NCBI GenBank assembly: GCA_046329555.1
Contig: JAXLUK010000005.1
Span: 188,801-252,800 of the forward strand
Origin: Chitinophagales bacterium
GTDB lineage: Bacteria > Bacteroidota > Bacteroidia > Chitinophagales > LD1
Direction of reading: 5' to 3'
DNA length: 64,000 nt
Translations under genes and position numbers: made by a program
Notes under the pieces: model-generated
Seen by the model: only the letters and a program-made list of their open reading frames with translations
Databases searched by the model: none
What the model was told of the DNA's origin: nothing
In this document: in pieces, positions 56,692 to 64,000 of the stretch
How the letters are laid out: the number at the start of each line of letters is the position of its first letter
Numbering within the stretch: position 1 is the stretch's first letter

Positions 56692-58170
56692 TTATTTCAG
56701 TTCAATCGGTTTTCCCATGTAAAAATCGAGCACCTTCATTTGTAAAATGTAGGTGTATTTGGCTTGAATCATTTGCGATTCGGCACGCAACAAATTATTC
56801 TTTGACTGTTGCACTTCGAATGTGTTCGCCAATCCTACAGCATAGCGCTTATCGTATGCATCGAAACTCTTTTTTGCAGACTCCAGACTTTTTTGGTTGG
56901 CGGAAAAATTTTGTGAAGAAGCTAACGCATTAGCATACGCTTTTTCAATATCCTGGCGCAATGTGTTTTTGGTGTTTTCTAAATCCAAAGACCGCATTTG
57001 ATGGTTCAATCGGTTAACCGATAATGCCGTCATTTTTTGCCAGCCTGAAAAAATGGGCACGCTTAAACTGATGCTGACTGTTTTGGTTAAGTTATTTTTT
57101 AGTTGGTCGGAAAACGAAATCGGTTCAGTGCCCGCATATCCGATATTTCTGGCGTAGCCCACGATGGAGCTATTATCGGGATAGGCCGAACCGAAAATGG
57201 GTATATCGGTAACGGAGTAACCAGCGGGTTTCGAACTTTTATCGAAGTAATTGGAGCGTAAAGAGGCGCTGGCCGCCAGCGTAGGACTGAAACTTCCTTT
57301 TGCCATGCGCAAACTGAACATTGCGGAACGAACTCTGGCCTCAGCGGCGCGGATGGAAGGCTGATTCATCGCGGCGTAATCAAAAATGGCCGATGAAGAA
57401 ATCCGGCTGATATCCGTAAGGTGGTCGGTAGTAACCGCAGGTTCACGAATATCAAAAGCTGTTTTTTCAGGAAGTTGAAGTGCGATCCGCAGCGAAAGCA
57501 GCGCCAGGGCAACATTGTTTTTCGCCGTTACTACACTGGCTAAATCGCGTTGTTGTTGCGCTTCAAATTCAAAGCTGGAGGCTTCAGCCAATGTGCCGGC
57601 CCGAACCTGCGCACGTGCCCGTTCTAATTGCGCTTCTGAAATCTCTAACTGCGTTTGGGCGACTTTTAGTAATTCTTTGTTGACGATAATCTGCAGGAAA
57701 TAATTGGTTAGCGTTAGAGCCACATTATTGCTGGCATTTTGGTAATCCTGCTGAGCAGCTTCAAAATCGGCCTTACTTTTCTGAATGTTGTTCAACTGCT
57801 GTAAACCCGTAAACAAAGGAACGCTGCCGCTGAGCCCGCCCGTAGCAGACTGAGAGTTTTGCTGCACATACGAGTAAGTGGTAGGGTTTACCGAGTTGCC
57901 AAAATTGAAATTGTAGCTGGCATCAGCATTAATCGAAGGCAGCAATTTTATTTTGCTTTGGAGCAGGTAGGCCTTGGAAATAGCGGCGTTTAATTGCGCC
58001 TGCTTAATCTGAATATTATTTTCTGCCGCATATTTCAGGCAGCGCTCCAAAGTCCAGGCACTGTCGTTTTGGGCTTCTGCCAGTGTAAAGCTGAACAGGA
58101 TAGAAAATAGCAATAAACTGCGTTTCACGGCATTATGATATGAAGGGGCAAAGGTATTTTTCTTTAGCAT
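56692..58170 (-). CDS. TolC-family outer-membrane efflux protein
   Basis: Signal peptide and two OEP repeats rich in coiled-coil segments. 1-nt gap to the adaptor gene. Confidence 0.85.
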   Translation of the reverse strand: MLKKNTFAPSYHNAVKRSLLLFSILFSFTLAEAQNDSAWTLERCLKYAAENNIQIKQAQLNAAISKAYLLQSKIKLLPSINADASYNFNFGNSVNPTTYSYVQQNSQSATGGLSGSVPLFTGLQQLNNIQKSKADFEAAQQDYQNASNNVALTLTNYFLQIIVNKELLKVAQTQLEISEAQLERARAQVRAGTLAEASSFEFEAQQQRDLASVVTAKNNVALALLSLRIALQLPEKTAFDIREPAVTTDHLTDISRISSSAIFDYAAMNQPSIRAAEARVRSAMFSLRMAKGSFSPTLAASASLRSNYFDKSSKPAGYSVTDIPIFGSAYPDNSSIVGYARNIGYAGTEPISFSDQLKNNLTKTVSISLSVPIFSGWQKMTALSVNRLNHQMRSLDLENTKNTLRQDIEKAYANALASSQNFSANQKSLESAKKSFDAYDKRYAVGLANTFEVQQSKNNLLRAESQMIQAKYTYILQMKVLDFYMGKPIELK

Positions 58171-58215
58171 TAGTAGGGGGTACCGGAATGACCAGTAAAC
58201 GGTAGGTAAGGCGAA

Positions 58216-58740
58216 TCAGGGGCGCAAAAATTTTTGGAGCCTGCGCTTTTGTGCTTCATGATGGCGCATATGCATTTGGCAAAGCGTAACCCATTCTGCC
58301 GCATTAAGGTAACCCAGAAAAGGATGCCGCGTTTTCAGGGTAAGGTCGCTGTTGGGCAGGCGCTTTACATATTCATCGCAAAGGGTTCGAATTTCTTCGA
58401 ACTTGGAAACAATGTATTCTTTTGACTCTGGCATTTTTGGCTCAACTGCTACCGACTCAGGCATGCGGATGCGAACCGCGGGCATGTGGCCAGTTAAAAA
58501 GACCAGTTTGCCCACCCATGTTTTGCCTTTTCCCCGGACGGCGCTATCGTTGCTTAGGCATTTTTCTGCATTTTTGAAGAAGAACCCTTTGGCGCTCATC
58601 CATAGGTGGATGTACACCTGTCCTAACGACCAACCGGTGGCAGGTCGGCGTTGTAACTCTTCAATTGTATAATGGCTGAGGTCGGTTAGGTACGCATCAA
58701 TTGCCCGATTGGATTTGCTTAGAATTTTGGCAGCATTCAT
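58216..58740 (-). CDS. DinB-family (four-helix bundle) protein
   Basis: WSLGQVYIHL...H..HH pattern (MHMRHHEAQ). I prefer the ATG at 58740. Confidence 0.7.
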   Translation of the reverse strand: MNAAKILSKSNRAIDAYLTDLSHYTIEELQRRPATGWSLGQVYIHLWMSAKGFFFKNAEKCLSNDSAVRGKGKTWVGKLVFLTGHMPAVRIRMPESVAVEPKMPESKEYIVSKFEEIRTLCDEYVKRLPNSDLTLKTRHPFLGYLNAAEWVTLCQMHMRHHEAQKRRLQKFLRP

Positions 58741-58846
58741 CTGCCGCAAGAATAAGAAACAAAAGCGGCGGTTCCCAACGTTAGAAGGCAATTATGGCAG
58801 GAAGCGCTTTTCAACCAAAAATTTCTATATATTTAAACGCTTATTT

Positions 58847-60340
58847 ATGAAATACGTTTATCTGCTTGTCTTTTCTTGTAGCTGTTGGTTGACACAGGCG
58901 CAAACCGCACTGTTCAATAACCGTGGTGCAGATATGTATGTAATGCCGGGTGCTTATATGATTGTGAAGGCTGATTCTTTGCATAATCACACCGGAAGTA
59001 TTCAGAATGCAGGTGATATTGTGGTGGAAGGAAATATTTACAACGATGCCACGCTAACAGGAGGTAGCAGTACGCCTACCGGCTTATATCAGATTCACGG
59101 CGATTGGATAAATAATGGTGTAGTCAATTCCTATAATGATTCGGTTCAGTTGGCTGGAGGGGCTCAATTTATTGGAGGCACGCAGCCCACGCCGTTTCAT
59201 CATTTGATTCTTGCGGGAACACCGGGATCGGTGAAAACGCAGTTGGTAGATGCCTCTGTAGATGGCGTACTGAACCTGAGCGATCACGAGTTGGCTACAG
59301 AAAATAACGAAATGTTAGTCTTGAATACAGCGCCTTCAGCTATTGTAAAAGGCACTGGTCCAAATGGTTTTGTAAGTAGTTTAGGTGCGGGCCGGCTTAC
59401 CCGTGCAACTGCTTCTACATCGCCTTATTTGTTTCCGTTGGGAACGCCTAGCGCTATTGCCGGCAAGCCATTTTATTACCGCCCGGTTGAAATGAAGCCC
59501 GCAGGCGCAGCCGCTAATCGCTTTGGCGGACGGCTGGTTCATGAACCGCTGGCTGATAGTTACGATCCAGAGTCTTTCGAAGACGCCTTGTGCAAGGTAA
59601 ATCCATTATTCTATCATCGATTATACCATAGTTCAGGAGCGGATGCTGCTTCTATAAAGGTATTTTTCGATAAAGCGAACGACGGCGCCTGGAGCGATTT
59701 GGCGCAATGGCGTTCGGAATGGAAGTATATGCCGGTGGCTTCGGTAGCCAGTGCTGGTGGCTTTTCTACAGTAGAGGTTAAAAACTGGACTAATTTCTCT
59801 ACATTTCCCTTTGCCCTGGCTTCCAAAAAGTTTGTTGTTGATGCCGGTGCCGATCAGGAAATTTTGCCCGGGGCAACCGCCAATTTGGATCCGGTTATTA
59901 CCATTTCAGATGCAACGATTCAATGGATTCCCTCAACTTATCTAGATTTTGATAATATTGCACGCGCTAGGAGTACTCCTTCCGAAAGTTTGGAGTACAC
60001 TTTGCAGGTGACGAATGCAGTGGGTTGCAAGGCTTCGGATCAAGTAAAAATTACGATTTTACCTGATGCGTTGTTGGTACCAACCGGATTCTCGCCCAAC
60101 GGAGATGGAGCCAATGATTTGATGCGTCCTTTAAACACAAATCTGGACGAAGTAGAGTTTCAAGTCTTCAATCGGTGGGGAGAAAAAGTGTTCGAAACCA
60201 CAAATACTGCTGATGGTTGGGATGGAACTTATAAAGGAGTGAAGCAGGATTTAGGGGTATATGTTTGGAAAGCGGTGTATCGGTTAACTGGAAGTTCAGA
60301 ACGTCGTTCGGCCTCGGGTAATTTTACACTGGTGAAATAA
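58847..60340 (+). CDS. Secreted protein with T9SS type-B (gliding-motility C-terminal, CHU_C) sorting domain
   Basis: ATG at 58847 (MKYVYLLVFSCSCWLTQAQ). C-terminal PTGFSPNGDGANDLMRP...VFNRWGEKVFE...GWDGTYKG...GVYVWKAVY. Confidence 0.8.
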   Translation: MKYVYLLVFSCSCWLTQAQTALFNNRGADMYVMPGAYMIVKADSLHNHTGSIQNAGDIVVEGNIYNDATLTGGSSTPTGLYQIHGDWINNGVVNSYNDSVQLAGGAQFIGGTQPTPFHHLILAGTPGSVKTQLVDASVDGVLNLSDHELATENNEMLVLNTAPSAIVKGTGPNGFVSSLGAGRLTRATASTSPYLFPLGTPSAIAGKPFYYRPVEMKPAGAAANRFGGRLVHEPLADSYDPESFEDALCKVNPLFYHRLYHSSGADAASIKVFFDKANDGAWSDLAQWRSEWKYMPVASVASAGGFSTVEVKNWTNFSTFPFALASKKFVVDAGADQEILPGATANLDPVITISDATIQWIPSTYLDFDNIARARSTPSESLEYTLQVTNAVGCKASDQVKITILPDALLVPTGFSPNGDGANDLMRPLNTNLDEVEFQVFNRWGEKVFETTNTADGWDGTYKGVKQDLGVYVWKAVYRLTGSSERRSASGNFTLVK

Positions 60341-60367
60341 AAAATTAGAAAAATAACGTCTCAAAAT

Positions 60368-63433
<3,066 letters not shown>

Positions 63434-63452
63434 TCTTTAATTACTAATCATT

Positions 63453-63851
63453 ATGAAGAAATATATAATAGCATTGTTGATGTGCGCCGGAGCAATCACT
63501 TCGTGGGCTCAGGGAGAATCGCGGAAAATGCTGAATGATTTTCAAACCGGAGATATCGTAGCTTCTACTACGGCGCGCCTCGACGGGCAGTTCTATAAAC
63601 CATCAACTGCCGGTGACATGAACATCATCGGCGTGTTTGGCGAGATGAATTCTCCCCGGATCGACCGCGTGATGATTACATCAGGCGTTGCACAGGTGAA
63701 AACGGCAGAACCTTTACGCAAAGGCGATTGGGTAACTACGAATGCTAAGGGAGAAGCTGTTAAGGCAACTTCGGGAATGATGTTGGGCGTAGTGCTTGAA
63801 GATGCTGCCGCAGGAACCGCCAAGATTCGTATTATGATTACTTACAAATAG
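63453..63851 (+). CDS. Small secreted protein of unknown function
   Basis: Signal peptide MKKYIIALLMCAGAITSWAQ. 19 nt after the collagen-like gene and followed by a terminator. Confidence 0.45.
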   Translation: MKKYIIALLMCAGAITSWAQGESRKMLNDFQTGDIVASTTARLDGQFYKPSTAGDMNIIGVFGEMNSPRIDRVMITSGVAQVKTAEPLRKGDWVTTNAKGEAVKATSGMMLGVVLEDAAAGTAKIRIMITYK

Positions 63852-63874
63852 GACCATGCTGGTCTCATGATAAG

Positions 63875-63900
63875 AAAGGGCGGTTTAACCGCCCTTTTCT
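63875..63900 (+). terminator. Rho-independent terminator
   Basis: Stem GGGCGG / CCGCCC (63878-63894), loop TTTAA, then TTTT. Confidence 0.7.
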
Positions 63901-64000
63901 ATTTAATAAATATAACTTCTTTCAAACCAAACTTTAACTCCTTTCCCTCACTCTCGATAATCAATTTACCCTCCTTAGTAACGCCTACAATTTGACCTCG

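Overview
This 64-kb window looks like a chromosomal segment from a Bacteroidota bacterium. The evidence is several T9SS C-terminal sorting domains, SprB-type repeats, TAnnTTTG-type promoter boxes and a sdhCAB/frd-type operon. I ran no database searches or computations. Calls rest on reading the ORF track and the DNA by eye.

Most of the window is ordinary housekeeping or envelope coding:
- rplU-rpmA, sdhCAB, oxyR-katG, lpxD, hflX, smpB and paaABCD
- an ABC-F ATPase, an ECF sigma module, a TolC/adaptor pair and two rhomboids
- vWA paralogs and T9SS cargo proteins

Five things stand out:
1. A 1.6-kb AT-rich cassette sits between sdhC and sdhA. It carries an ABC-like ATPase and a Toprim-like (DUF4276-like) protein, which is the split-OLD/PARIS-like architecture. 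Intergenic gaps are 1 to 3 nt, and 9-nt direct repeats flank it, from which an intact sdhC-sdhA junction can be rebuilt. This is my best candidate for an uncharacterised system.
2. A 1.77-kb non-coding gap (43.8-45.6 kb) contains a 214-bp unit repeated about 5.6 times. The unit is built from CCCTTCGGG hairpins and is flanked by GC-rich repeat islands.
3. A family of GC-rich intergenic elements with conserved termini recurs at five or more sites.
4. Three tandem genes encode small Cys-rich lipoprotein-like peptides. They are followed by a 200-bp nested inverted repeat.
5. A 1021-aa collagen-like (G-X-T) protein has 14 regularly spaced GLSVTG interruptions. It lies in a cluster with a T9SS type-B protein.

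I saw no rRNA, tRNA, CRISPR array, transposase or integrase.
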